A model generated the notes under the pieces. It searched no databases, was not told the origin of the DNA, and was given only the letters and a program-made list of their open reading frames with translations. A DNA stretch of 51,354 nt from NCBI RefSeq assembly GCF_001194135.2, contig NC_068986.1, positions 100,638,499-100,689,852 on the forward strand, read 5' to 3'. Position 1 is the first letter of the stretch; the number at the start of each line of letters is the position of its first letter. The position numbers were made by a program, and so were the translations under genes. Positions 26,586-41,225 of the stretch are shown here, one piece after another. The stretch is from Octopus bimaculoides (taxonomy: Eukaryota).

Positions 26586-29500
26586 ATTATTAATAGGCTT
26601 ATTGAATACAAATCCTTCAATTTCTAAGGCCATCTCTACTAGGAGATTCAACCCGCATGCTACTGGAAAAACTAAACAAACCTGAATGTTTTGAGAACTA
26701 AAGATTAACCGAATATGAGAAGAAAATAATCACCCTGGATAATTAAAGAATTACATTAAAATAGATAAAGTACGGAGATGGTAATGAAATCACAAGAAAT
26801 ATATATGTAAATGGTTGAGACAGGGTTTAACCATTCTTCTCTATACAATTCCGTGGCATACACCAATACTCGAAAAGAGATTCCAGGGAGATATGTGGGT
26901 CAGGTATACACACGACAAATCCACCATACACTCTCGAAATATGAGACAATGGTGAGTAAAATGTTACCATGCCTCGCAATAAAAATGTATATTAGAGTAT
27001 CGTTGATAGTCATATTCCTTAAAGAGTACCTCGGAAGAGTCATTATAAGTTTATTTCAAAGCCGTGACTATTAAAGAGATCACCGACTATACAATACAAT
27101 GTTGTATTGGTAATATGCTACATTTTGGAAACGCGCTATGTCATAAAGAGGATGTTAAAGATGGTGTGTGTACAAAGCTAGTTTCCACGCTCACTTTCTT
27201 GCGTTCTACTAAGAAATAGAAATTGGTAACTGTGATTTCTTCGAAACGCAATCGAAAGCCTGTGCCAGATGTATATGACACTTCCAACCATTAGAAACAA
27301 AAGCGAATTGGCTATGACATCTTGAGTTACTCCAAACTGCTACGACTATAATCTGTGGAGTAAAACTGACAAATTAAATAGTAATGTTTTGCAATAAGCC
27401 AACGTAGGAATCACATGTCAAGACGAAGATCAATGTTCTCTGATCTGAGAAGGAAATGTTTAATAACTTAAGCAATAGTCATAATATAAAACTATGGAAG
27501 ACGAGCAAAATAATTAGAAATAGGAATTAAAATGTAGATAACAATTCGCTGAAGTATTGGAGAAATTAAAACGAATTATTCCCAACAACATACTTGTAAT
27601 ATCATAGCAGGGTAGCTCATTATACACATTAGCGAATATGCCGCATACACAACGATCCTCAAGATGAAAATTGGTGGGAAGGTAACCCACCATAATTAGT
27701 GCAGAATGCTCCCGTTACCATACATTGCGATATTTGTGTTCATACAGATGAGGAAAATTATTCTAACAGAATGAATATTATTGCAAATATGATGTTGATA
27801 AAATGTCCTCTGATGGATGCTGCAGGTCTAGCTGACTAAAACACGTCCCTGAAAACCTTCTAGGAATTGAACAAATATGATCACCTGGGGATAAAAATTA
27901 GAAGAATTGGTCATCTGAAAGCACCAATATTATTTCTATTCATTGTGGCCTTTACTATCTTATCAAGACTAGCTAATGAACATGATGGTCAAATTCGTGA
28001 TAGCATAAGGGTAGGTAAATTGCAAAATATATTTATGTATACTTTATTTGTCTAATGGAAATTCCTCTCCTAGTACATATATTCTTACTCATTCATGTTT
28101 ATTATATATTATATAAGTAGATTCTTTGATATCACAAAGACATCAGTTTCAATTGAATTTCATCTCATTGGTTTGTATGTTTAGATGCCAAAATTCGTTG
28201 TCCTCTGACATTTCTGATTAAGACTTGAGGGCAATTGCTCCAAATTAAAGCTATGGAAAAACATAACAACAACAACGTTGTCAATAATAGCGATAGTAAT
28301 TTACGCCATAGATAAAATGACGAAAATAATTTTCTTTAAGTATGTGGTAAATTCAGAAGTTTTATATGTTCATTGTAATTTTATCAGTAAAATTATTCGA
28401 ATGAGTATTATATCGCTTTGCATTGCTTTGGTTAAAAAAAAAAAATCTCCTTTTGAAACAACCTCCTATGAAATAAACTAATCAACGAATGCATGACAAA
28501 ATAGAATTTTCAGAGTTCTAAATATAAAATACTTTGCAGAAAACAAATCTTCAAGTGAGAGTATTTTTTTTTTCCTGAAGTTGTCTTGAATAAAAGCATT
28601 TCAAATTTCGAAGAATCAAAGTACCAAATTCATTTGATCTTTGGATGCGCTGAAATGTTGTTTGTGTGTGTATGTGTGTGTATGTGTGTATGTTGTTGTG
28701 TATGTTTTAGAGCGAGTATGTATGTATATTTATATGTTTAAATTTCTACTCCAATAATTCACTTTTATAAAACATGCATGCATGACTGGGTTCCGTGGTG
28801 TTTCAAACTTTCTCAAGTAAACATTTATCAAATTGCTGAAATAAATTCGACTCAACGTCTGTTGCATATTTATTGCCGCAGTTATCCCGCGATTTGTCAT
28901 TAACATTCGCTTAACAATCGCTTACCACAAGTACTTTCAATTCTTGACTCTGAACATTCTCACCTGGTCTCTGTGAGTCTTAATTGTCATAAGTATATCT
29001 ATGGTGTTTTAGATGTCTGACCGGACACGTTATACATACATCATTGATATCAGCAATGATAATTATTTGAATTTTGTCTAGTCTCTAGAACTAAGTAATG
29101 AAATATAGTTTCCGTGGCATTTGAATTTCACTAAAGTATATTAAGAAGGCATTCCTAATATATGTTCTTTTACGATGTCGTTTATCATTGTACATTCAAT
29201 GATATACCACATATATAAGTGAATATGCTCGGTTTGTGTGTATATATATATATATATATATATNNNNNNNNNNNNNNNNNNNNNNNNNNNNNNNNNNNNN
29301 NNNNNNNNNNNNNNNNNNNNNNNNNNNNNNNNNNNNNNNNNNNNNNNNNNNNNNNNNNNNNNNNNNNNNNNNNNNNNNNNNNNNNNNNNNNNNNNNNNNN
29401 NNNNNNNNNNNNNNNNNNNNNNNNNNNNNNNNNNNNNNNNNNNNNNNNNNNNNNNNNNNNNNNNNNNNNNNNNNNNNNNNNNNNNNNNNNNNNNNNNNNN

Positions 29501-31616
29501 NNNNNNNNNNNNNNNNNNNNNNNNNNNNNNNNNNNNNNNNNNNNNNNTATATATATATTCTATATAATCACATACCGCATGTTTTTTTATGGTTTTACAA
29601 CCTACACGTGTTTCCACTGCCCGCAGTACTGGTAGCTGCACCTGCCACCGGGGATGATCTTTTGAGTAGCTTCGTCAGTGTCTATGCTTTTGGCGATCTT
29701 CGAAGCGACCTGAACACAGTTTTGATTATTACTAGGGGATTTAGTGGGAGGCATGGAGAGGTTGTTTTACAAACAGATTAGATTTCACTTTCATAATATA
29801 TCATTTAATGAAGCTTAACTAAAAAACAAATTACTGAATTCAATTCGTTTCGATACAGACCAAATGGACAGAGCCTGGAAAAAGTTGCACAGAAAATCAT
29901 GCCTGATTGCATGCGTAACTGCCCATACGTTGTGTATTGGAAATAATTGTAGGTCGTAGCAAACCTAAAAATATGCTCAAGGTAATTATATGATAAGAGG
30001 AAAAGTATGTTGAGTATAAACAAATCTCCATATTCTATTTCGTTATAATCATTGCTAATATACACTCCATCTGCAGAAAGGAACGGGGAAATATCAGTCG
30101 AAAGAAATTTACAGCGTGACTGAGAACTAATTGTAGAGATAGACGTTAAGTAATAATCGATGCGGTTAGCCGTATTCTGGAACATAACTGAGAACCACCA
30201 CGGTATTCGCCCAGCTTATATATCCCTCCAAACTCACACTATATATACAAAATTGTATGTCTCTGTGTGTGTAAGTGTGTGTGTGTGTATGTGTGTGGGT
30301 GTGTGTGTGTGTATGTGTGTGTTTAAGTTGAAATAGCTGTTAAATTTATTTCTAAAGTGTTTCCCAGTTTAAACTCATTTCTTGCTTACTTCTTCCGTTA
30401 AAGTACAACTTTATACGTTTTATGTTACTATTGCTCTCACAATATTTTTTTCTACTGAATAGCAATAGATGAACAGAGAAACTTTGAAAAGTAAATTTGA
30501 ACTTAGAATATTGAAAAACGAATGGAAATATATAAATATATCCGGTAGTCAAATCAGTTTACCAATCGCATTTCAGCTACTACAGTCGTTAATCTAGAGT
30601 TATAACTCATGTTAAAATTCCTTAGTTACTGTTTACTAATTCTGACGGATGATACATTACAAATGGAGATAGTCTGGCGAGAAAAGTTTATAATTATGAT
30701 ACAGGACAAACAGTTTGTCGAGGTTATTTGTCATCGGATAGCAGAGGATGACACATGTATTGATTGCAATACAAGATAATATACTCGGATATGACATGAT
30801 GTTGTAGGAGCTGGTTTTGATATGGCAAAGTCAACATTCAAAATTGAATTAATCTGCAATGCTACAGCGTATTACCATTTCATTAGAAAATAATTTCTCT
30901 TTCGCAATTCTGAATCTATCCATTTTTAAATAAACTTATGCTTTTTAAATACAACTCATTAGCAAAGTATGCATGATGAATGTCCTTGCGATTTTTATCA
31001 CTTCATTTAAAATTGTACATTCTCGTATGTTTATGATGCTCCGACTTATTATTCATATATACTCCGATCTATGTTTTATTGCAAATAAAGTTACAATCTT
31101 TATAGAAAGACTTTATACCACACAAAATAAATCATTCCGCTCATATCTCTCTCCCACTCTTTCTCTCTCGTTCTTTCTGTGTGCGTGTCTCGGTGTGTGT
31201 TTATATATATNNNNNNNNNNNNNNNNNNNNNNNNNNNNNNNNNNNNNNNNNNNNNNNNNNNNNNNNNNNNNNNNNNNNNNNNNNNNNNNNNNNNNNNNNN
31301 NNNNNNNNNNNNNNNNNNNNNNNNNNNNNNNNNNNNNNNNNNNNNNNNNNNNNNNNNNNNNNNNNNNNNNNNNNNNNNNNNNNNNNNNNNNNNNNNNNNN
31401 NNNNNNNNNNNNNNNNNNNNNNNNNNNNNNNNNNNNNNNNNNNNNNNNNNNNNNNNNNNNNNNNNNNNNNNNNNNNNNNNNNNNNNNNNNNNNNNNNNNN
31501 NNNNNNNNNNNNNNNNNNNNNNNNNNNNNNNNNNNNNNNNNNNNNNNNNNNNNNNNNNNNNNNNNNNNNNNNNNNNNNNNNNNNNNNNNNNNNNNNNNNN
31601 NNNNNNNNATATATAT

Positions 31617-31986
31617 CCTTTTACTTGTTTCAGTCATTTGACTGCGACTTCACTGGAGCACCGCCTGTAATCGAACAAATCGGCCCCGGGACTTATTCTT
31701 TGTAAGCCTAGTATTCAGTGTATCGCTCTCTTTTGCCGAACCGCTAATTTTCCTGGACGTAAACACACCAACATAAGTTGTTAAGCAATGGTGGCGGAGA
31801 AAAACACAGACATAGAAATATATCACTCACATATATACGACGGGCGCCTACAAAATCCAATCAAAAGACTTTGGTCAGCACGAGGCTATAGCAGAAAATA
31901 CTTGCCCAAGCTGCCATGCAATGGAACTGAACCCGGGACCATGTGGTTGGTAAGTAAACTACTGGCCACACAGCCACTCCTGTGCC
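31617..31986 (-). mobile_element. tRNA-derived SINE (family D), full length
   Basis: Minus-strand head GGCACAGGAGTGGCTGTGTGG (A-box) and GGGTTCAGTTCC (B-box). Body 'ttttacttgtttcagtcatttgactgcg...ttttgccgaaccgctaa' matches the very abundant octopus SINE as I recall it. Confidence 0.85.
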
Positions 31987-32092
31987 AAATAGCTACCTGC
32001 CACACAGCTACGCTTGCGCCTAATGGCTACTTACCACACAGTCACACCTGCGCCTAAAGGCTACTTACCACACATCTACGTCTGCATCTAAG
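31958..32092. repeat. 4 x 34-bp tandem repeat derived from the SINE 5' end
   Basis: Units start at 31958, 31992, 32026 and 32060; consensus GCTACTTACCACACAGCCACNCCTGCGCCTAA. Confidence 0.85.
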
Positions 32093-35000
32093 ATATATAT
32101 ATATATATATATACATAATTTCTGTCAAATTTTCCCCTTTTTTTTATTATTAAACCTTTGAAATATCGTATAAGAAACGCAGCTCACTAATATGTTTTCA
32201 TCCGTTTGTAAAATATTCTTGGAATATATCTTGTGCGTTGTCTAATTCCAGTTTTTTTTCTTTATTTGCATTTCTGTTGTCTNNNNNNNNNNACGAAGGC
32301 GTGAAGAATTAACGGGAAAAAGTTCATTAGGCCCTGTCACTCTGTAGGTCCCCAGTCTCAGTATAAATTGTTTCGCCTGTTTCCTCCACTGTAGAGGTCA
32401 CAGAGAGCTAAATGGGGGACTAGACCATTGATTTGTCGTGGGTGGCAAAGGATTATGCTTGCGTACGTAGTGTGCTTCAAATGTGCTGACCAAAGGGATC
32501 AGCGAAAGGGCTATCTACTTTCTGAATGTAAAATGCACCGTAAAGTTTGCAGTTGGGTTTAGTAAGAGATACAGTAGATGCTTTGCCTCCTATAATGATT
32601 TACAATCAATTATGATTATAGTATTTTTAGTGTAGAACCAGATGTTTTTATCGTAGGCCAACGCATTTCAGTTTGCCTGGTTGCGTATGGCTGAATGAGA
32701 TTGACACTGCTGACTATGAAGTAGTCGAGATTCATATATTACTGGAAGGCGGAGAGGGGCAATACAGAATAAGTCGAGGCGGTTTTTAGATAAGGAAGAT
32801 TTCAAGTGTGTATATAAAGTGGTGTCCAAAGGGAAAATTTGAACATGGAATCTAGACTGTAGATGCAGGTAAATAGGGAAGAATAAAGGGAGGGAGATCA
32901 ATGCCATGCGTCTATTTTGCATCTGATTTAGGAAGGAATATCACATTCTCCAGTATTCCAGAATTTGGAAACCAATGAAAACTGTAACATAGAATGAAAA
33001 TTTAAATACCATTAACTTAGTTTACGTATGTTTGTATTTAGCATATCTACACTGTTTTGGCGACATGTCTAACTAGAAACTCAAGTGTCCTAATGTAAAT
33101 ATATTTTAATATTTTGCTTAATTGTGCAATGTCATCATCCTGTGTATTTGATTATAACGTGAGACATTATAATTCATAAAAATATATACATACATACAGA
33201 CGCACGCACACACGCATACATATGCACACATGTACATATATACGTGTTTGTGTGCGTATAATCTCTATTTTATATACATATATAGAGACTTAATTATTCT
33301 TTTGCGTGTATGTGTGAGCCACAAACGCCTGCATAATCTCGAACGCATAAACACGAAAGCTCGTGTCCGTACAAACAAACACTCAAAACACACACACACA
33401 TATGTACAAAAAGAGAATGTGTATGAGAGAGATGGAGAGGGAAAGCGTCATTTGTGAAGAAAGATTATTGATAATTAACTTAAAAATTGGTTAATTATTT
33501 AATAATAAACAACGGTCGATGACTGAATGTATTAATACATTACAATGGCAAATGAAACAAGTATGAAATATTAAAAACAATAAATTTGCGGAATGATTTC
33601 ATTTATGATGACTATAAACAAACACTTTAAAATATAGAAGTATGTGAATAGATTTTAGTCACATTTTTGTTCTAATTGGTTGCAGAAATTTATATTATCA
33701 ATAATACATTTGCTGATTTTGATTGTTACACCTAAATAAATAAACTGGAACCTCACTGTTCGGAGGCAAACAACTTAGTCACTCAGCCGTGTCTCCTTAA
33801 ACGTGAAATACTAAAATAAAAAAAAGGTAATCGTTGTTTTTTGTTCTCGAATTATACCGACGACGGATGGCAACTTACAAGATATTTTACAAGTTCAGCA
33901 AGAAAGATAATTTGGAGAGTAGAATATATTATCAGTTGAGAGATCTTACCTAATTAACTGAAGTTGTTTGTGAGTGTGCGTGTGTCTTTCCACTCACGAC
34001 ATTACAATTGCTGCTGTTAAACGTCGTCGCGGATTAAGTATACTGCTTAAGTAGAAGATTGTCTCTTCCCATTTATTTCTACGTACGTCCATTTTACGAG
34101 AGGTAAATCTTACATATTTCAGCTCAATTATTTTTGGAAAGCAATACGGCATATTTCAATTGAAACTAAGTCCCCGCACTTTGAAACCAAGCAACATATT
34201 CACTTAGCCATGCCTCTTTAAATTGTCAAGGCGTCTGTGACATAGGGTGGTTGTAAACTCCACAAGATCTATTTTCATATGGATCTTGTAGAGCTGAAAC
34301 ACACACATACAATAACAAAAACAGACATACCCACACGTATGGCCATACATACTCATATGTGCATGTATCTATCATCAGTAGGGTATGCTCAAACATGCAG
34401 ACGAATATATATGCGTATATACATATATATATATATATATATATACATATATNNNNNNNNNNNNNNNNNNNNNNNNNNNNNNNNNNNNNNNNNNNNNNNN
34501 NNNNNNNNNNNNNNNNNNNNNNNNNNNNNNNNNNNNNNNNNNNNNNNNNNNNNNNNNNNNNNNNNNNNNNNNNNNNNNNNNNNNTATATATATATGTATA
34601 TACTCCCATGTTTATGTTTGTGTATAACCGACTAATTATATTAGTACGTGAAATGGGATGCGTATATGTATGTGCCCAAAAGTATTACATCACATCAAAT
34701 TACGCCACTATTGTTCTCTTTGTTCCCTACCATATATTATTCTAGTAATCTTCTGGATTAATTGTTATGCGTCCTAAATAGCACTTTCAAAATATCTTCT
34801 GTTCTTTATACTGGGAGTAAACTCGCAGAGACAGTATCATCATTTTCTCTTCAACTGCAGCGATTTCAAATTACTGCGAATGTTATACAATATTGTTTGT
34901 CAATCTTTCTACCCAGAAGCCAGCAAATAATTATAAATTAAGAGAAAATGGGAATAGAAGAAGAAGAACAGTGCATTTAAAAAAATAATTAGCCATAACA

Positions 35001-37302
35001 AATCCCATAGTTTACACCTTACTACACTGTATACGTAACATAGACCTTAACTAATATGTATCTTGTGGATCTTAAGTATGTGCATTTGTGAGTCGTGGAT
35101 TTCTCTTTGGTAGTGCTTTGCTAGATCACGAACTGGCCTCAGCACTTATATCTCCAATATGACCAGAACAATATCAAAACCGCTTAATATCCTTGGCACA
35201 TTTAGCGACCTTGCTTCTCGACCTCAGATACGTCAGGTATTAAACATTTGATTCTTGAACACTGCGCTCCGGTTTTAGCGTCACGCAAATCTTAGGAATG
35301 ATTAGTTCCAACATACTCTTTTTAAAACCTCGACTGAGCTCAAAATTTTGAATGCTGTCAAACGTAGCTGGTAAAGTATATCTACTATGTATACACACAA
35401 TGAAATTGGCATTGACTAAAATGTTTCCCTTTGAATAAGTTACTGCTAGTTCACACAGGACAGGTCTGCATGTGCTGAATCCTCCTGTTGCAATAGTAAT
35501 GCAATCTTCAAATGACACACCGTACAATACATTAAAGTATACAAACCATTCAAACAGAATATAGCTGCTAAGTAAGTTTGATTATGTTTCTTCCCGATTA
35601 ACAACACCAGGAAGACAAACGAAACGCACGGTCACACAAACAACACATATTGCAGATACAAAACACAAAGGATCCATCAAATGAGCACTTGGATTAATGT
35701 AATGGGAGATTTGTGTTATATAATTCTCTTTTAAATGCATAGGGAGTGTGATACTAAAATGGCCATTAAAAAGAAATATTTTGAGAAAGAAGTTCCACCA
35801 AATGTAAATGAATATTATTATTAAAATTTATAATTAAATTTCAAATTTTCGTGACTTTTCTCAAAGTTGCACCGTTAATGTGTCTTTATATCTGAACTGC
35901 TACACAGTCACGCTATTCACAAGTTGTAAAGTTTTTCGTCGAGACGAAAAACTGGACGTTGCATATACTTAGAGATTGCCATAGTAAGCTCTTCTTACTG
36001 GCACTATAACTACGATGGACCCCTAAACATATTCTATTTCAAATAGAAGTGTACTGTGAATAGATGTTGAAAACCCGGTTATGCCAGAGTTGTTAGAAAG
36101 GGGGATGGGCACATATATAAATAGAAAAGGAGAGAGAGAGTATTGTCTGAAATGTACAGAAACGCGTATGCTGTTATAAAATATAATACCAGGCATATCT
36201 TTTTACTCTATAAATCAGTGTCAGATATCCCCGAAACAAATGCCAGGGGTTACGAATATCGTGGGATAGGATAGTATATTCTGCATGAAGAAAGAATTTC
36301 AAATAAATTTGACAAATTATAAATATCCTCGGCCCAGTGAGTAGATTATCGATAGGTTTCGGATATATTATCAGATGTTTGGTCAGATAATATGTCACCA
36401 ATGGCAAAATCGTCTTCACTATTTGGCATATAATCTATCAGGTTAATGATATTGCAGATACGTAAAATATGTGCAAGTGTTGACAATGCACATCAAATAT
36501 GTAGAAGAGATCCGTTTGAGTATAGATTTACTGGAGACATTTTGGTGATGAGAAGATTAATCTGATATAGAGACAGATATAGTTAATAGGTATGCCATGT
36601 ATCTAGTTTCGGTTGCAAGAAATTCTCAAAGTTTTGCATATGATAAGATTATCGATACTGTTTGGAACTATATTATCATGGACCCTATTCACTGTACGAA
36701 ATATAGGAGAGTACTTTGCTATCGCCATGTGAGCGAAATCTTTTCAATCTGAGAAAATGTTTGTATAGTTCCTGTTAATATTAAGGTCTTGCTTCTTATG
36801 CAGCATTTTTACCATGCCAATATTTCTTCTATTGTCAATCTTGGGAACAATGTTGTAATCATATTTTCTGATATCATTAGAATATCGAATTGAATACATG
36901 TTGTTTAGAGAAATTCACACCAGAAAGCGTTAAATGTTATCTGGTTATGGTACAGATATAGCCTGAAACGTATGGTTGGGTGTGCTTTCACAACGTGGAT
37001 TTAATTAAAAATGAATATGCATACGATACACAGGTGCTTGCGCACACACTTAGACACACATTCACACACATACACACACAGACGCACCCCCCGCACCCCC
37101 AACACACACACAATGTATATATCAATGAGTCATTCAAATGTACAGGTGAAAACGTATCTCGTATCAGTTCGGTTTTCATAAAATCTGCGTCCTCTCACTC
37201 AGCAAGCCATCTTTTATGAAACGTGTGTCCTAATGCCGCAAGTTATACAGTCTTTTCAGAAAGGGGTTATTAAAGTTTGTTGGAATCGTGTGGAAAACCT
37301 TG

Positions 37303-37333
<31 letters not shown>

Positions 37334-38248
37334 GCTGAAAGCTATAGAGATAATTGCACTTCTAGAGATAAAAACACATGCAGTTACAATATCTTCTGCA
37401 TCCAAACTTGGGTGAACAAAATTGCTGGTGTCAAGTGGTATTACAAATGCCTGACGGTATCCCTAGGATAATATAGGGAAATAATTATCTAAAATAATCT
37501 AATAATTGAAAAATTTTCTGTCATTTCATGTCATACTAATGCCCGATAGATACGTGTTCAATTAAGCTTCATTAAGTATGTATATTGCGACCGAAGCAAC
37601 TTTGGATGTGTCACACTACCGCCCGGAGAACGGACGGCATACATTCAGATAATTTCTAGTGAATATATTTGAGAGTTTTCAGCCTTGCTTTTCTTGTCAA
37701 TAATATACTGTATCACTAATAATATTTCTCTATATGTGTGCGATTTTGATTTATAAATCATTATTTTTGGCTCAACACATTAACTGGTAATGAAATATGT
37801 ATGTCTTAGACATACCAACTCTGGAAATTTTCCAAATGTATTTATATAAGACACTATTCATATGGTTCCACAAAGTTATATTCACATTTTAGGTTACTAA
37901 CAGTTGTTGCTATATACAATAACGTCAAAGACTAGAAGATGAAACCTGAAGAACACAAAAGTCCTTTATAGCAGAAATCGTAATTACATTTCTGAAATGA
38001 TTAAAAACGTATCTTATTGTACCACCTGGACAGGCAGCAGAAAGTTTCGCGCCAACTATCAAGATAACGAGAACGAGACGTCTAGTCATTAGATGAAATA
38101 TTCATGCACAAAATTTTATTTATGTAGATATTACAAGATCGCACTTAAATCAGAAAGTAGTAGTTAGTAACAAGAGACATATATGGTAGAACTCCTGACT
38201 ACTGCATCTGATCTACAACGCACTACAGTTATTCGATTTGTACTTATT

Positions 38249-38296
<48 letters not shown>

Positions 38297-38806
38297 CCTC
38301 TCTCTCTCTATCTTTCTCTCTCTCTTTCTCCTACTTCAATCCATCTATCCATCTATGATTTTTCTTGTCTGGTTATGTATAAAAATATATTTTTGTTTTG
38401 CTATTTCGCTTAGGTAATGAGATTCTAATACCCTGGTGAAGAACTCTATATCCAAATGCTTCGGTTGAGAACAGAGCGTTAATAAAAAAATGAGATGATA
38501 AAGAAATAATCCATTATCGTATGGGCTTTATTAGCTTACAAGTCTTTCTGCCAAAAGTTGCAGGGAACGGATTTTTTTAGTGTCCGAGTGTCCCCTTATA
38601 GCTTCATCGGAGCCTCAAACATGCAATATATTTGGGATTTCAATTACAGAAATGAATATACAAAATGACAAACCATACACGTATTCGGGGAATGAAATTC
38701 TGGAGTTACTGGCATAGAATGAAATTGATTTTAAAGTGAGTATAAGGTTAGGTAGATGCAGAGCAAAACAATAAGAATTATGTGTAAAAAAGCTGTATAC
38801 ACACAC

Positions 38807-38850
<44 letters not shown>

Positions 38851-39153
38851 NNNNNNNNNNTATATATGCGTATATACACATGCACTCGCATACATACACG
38901 TACGCATACGCACGCACAAATACATACAGACACATGTATAGTCTAGGAAATAGGGACAGGTCGATCGATGTAGGTTCAGAAACAATGAAAGAAAGAGGAT
39001 GGAGAATATGGAGAACAAAACAACGCAGAGCGAAGGAGAACAAGTATGAAAGTGTTTATGAGTTAAAGAAATATTTTCTAGATCAAAGTTTTTGCCAGAT
39101 TGACCACTAGCGGGAGGAGAAGGTGTGCGAGAGTTGGAATATACTGTTGACAA

Positions 39154-39300
39154 TCAGTTTCCGTCTACGAAACGTACTTAAACGTCTTTGATCGGTCTGA
39201 CGCTATAATAAAACAATAGGTTACTGCTCTTCAAGGTGTTACGTAGCAAGATTAAATCGGAGGCTCTATGGTTGGGAAGTCAAATTGTTAACACACGGCT
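39154..39300 (-). mobile_element. SINE family D, degenerate 5' half
   Basis: 'tcagtttccgtctac...ctttgatcggtctgacgctata...caaggtg...tggttgggaagt' parallels 31845-31980. Confidence 0.6.
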
Positions 39301-39326
39301 TATGTACGTATTATACATATATTATA

Positions 39327-39558
39327 CATAGTAGCCCAAAAGTTGGTTTATAGTTATTCAACTATCACTTTCACATTCATATATTAACAGTTTCGATCTT
39401 AGTTGTAAAACAAAAAAAAAGTATGAAACTATTATTCTATGGTAAGGTATATAATAAACAATATAATTGTCTGATAGAAATTTAAATGTAATAAACGGTT
39501 TTAAAAGAAATTTGAAGTGACTACGTGATAACTGTATACTTACTTTGGGGCAACCCTG
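39327..39558. mobile_element. 232-bp Tc1/mariner-type MITE
   Basis: Imperfect TIRs CATAGTAGCCCAAAAGTTGG and TTACTTTGGGGCAACCCTG (24 of 32 matches including the flanking TA); TA at 39325-6 and 39559-60. Confidence 0.65.
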
Positions 39559-39839
39559 TATATTGTATATATGAAATATATGGAATAAACAATGTAGGTA
39601 TTATATACGCATAAGCTCATTATCCGTTTTATCTTGGTTTAAGAAGCCTTACAGGTTTACTGACAATATTTTACATGTATCTGATATTCAAAACGCACAA
39701 ACTTCGCTTTCACCCTATCTCTAAATCTTAATTCAACAATTATAAGCTGTTTTATCACCTCACAATTCTTTGTACCAACCACTTTGTATGCCACTCACCG
39801 TGTAATTTATATATAATACATATCATATACACACGTACA

Positions 39840-39893
39840 TGCATATGTGCATATGTATGCACACACACACACAGAGACACACAGACACACACA

Positions 39894-39968
<75 letters not shown>

Positions 39969-41087
39969 GTGTGCCTGTGTGTGCGTTTGTGCTATATATA
40001 TATATACGGTCTGAAATACTACGATATATATCTAGAATCTAAAACTATGTTTCATAATATATCTCACTGGCTTCCAACAAGTTATCTACACACAAAAGTA
40101 GGCGATCTGGGATCTGTTAGGACACTGATGATATGGCACAACTGCCTGGACACTCACACTCACACAGGCAAGATGACACTCACACTCACACTCACTCTCA
40201 CATGTACATATCTACACACCCAGAATGCACTCGTAGCAATGTATGCATAAAGTTAGAAAGAGTGAAAGTGAGAGTGAGAGATATATATATAGAGAGAGAG
40301 ATATAACGTGGTAGAAATAGTCATCATGATGTATTAATTGAACGAAATTGACGTGAAGACCTTACCTTTGCTGGCACATATAAAGAGAAATATAATCTCT
40401 GGCGTAAACAAAGAAGGCGGGCAGAATGAAAGAAACATTAAAACGAGAGAAGCATTAATATAGTTAAAGTCAAAGAAGTCATCGTTGAATCAGCGGGGTT
40501 ATTACGTTTGTACAAGAACTTCTAGTTTTCAACTACATATCAGTTTGAACTAAAATTTTATAAATATTTCGATCCCAGTTACATATCGGATATACATTTC
40601 ATACATAATTTGGTACGTTTAAAATATACCTTATTCGCTTCAAGGTTTTTCACCATAAACCTCGAATACGCTTTTATCATACTCGTGTAATATGAGTCCT
40701 TTTTACCAACGAACAAGTAGAATCTCACAGAAAATTATTTAAAACAATCGCAAAAATAGAATGCCAAATACTTTTGTTCTTGCTCGTATGCTTATACATA
40801 CAAACCGAAAATTCACAAAGGCATACATGCCTAATTTCATGAATACACATGTCTGTGTTAGCTTGTGCGAGTGTATGAGTGTATGCGCATGTACAAAACT
40901 TTTAGAAGCGTTAATTTTTAAATTCTTTCAGTTGTGTTATCTGTCAGTGTGAGTCTATATGTTGTGTGTGTATGTATGTGTTTGCGTGTAAGTGTGAAAT
41001 AGACACATATATTGAACGAGCATTTTATATACACACACACACACACACACAGACACGCACACACATACACCCACATANNNNNNNNNN

Positions 41088-41143
<56 letters not shown>

Positions 41144-41225
41144 CATATGTTATATATATATATATATTTATACATATGTCTGTGTGTTTGTGCAAGCGTG
41201 GATGTGTATATGTGTGCGTGAGCGT
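39840..41225. repeat. Microsatellite clusters (CA/TA/TG; CACACT/GTGAGA)
   Basis: Arrays at ~39840-40010, 40150-40300 and 40960-41225. Confidence 0.8.

Noticed and set aside
29805-30185. 126-codon minus-strand ORF
   Set aside because: No recognisable domain, AT-rich codons; 'CPFGLY' alone does not support an EGF-like call.
30640-30830. Minus-strand peptide LCHIKTSSYNIMSYPSILSCIAINTCVILCYP resembling GPCR TM3
   Set aside because: No DRY/NRY, spacing is two residues off, it is bounded by stops and has no splice support; probably chance.
31958-32092. CRISPR-like 34-bp periodicity
   Set aside because: No unique spacers, units derive from the adjacent SINE, and the context is eukaryotic.
32293-32990. 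GC-moderate block with faint CR1/L2 RT-like words (ISLPLFFPIY, QIFPLDTTLY)
   Set aside because: No YADD/FADD core; too degenerate to call without a search.
35240-35527. 95-codon minus-strand ORF
   Set aside because: No motif recognised and no good donor site.
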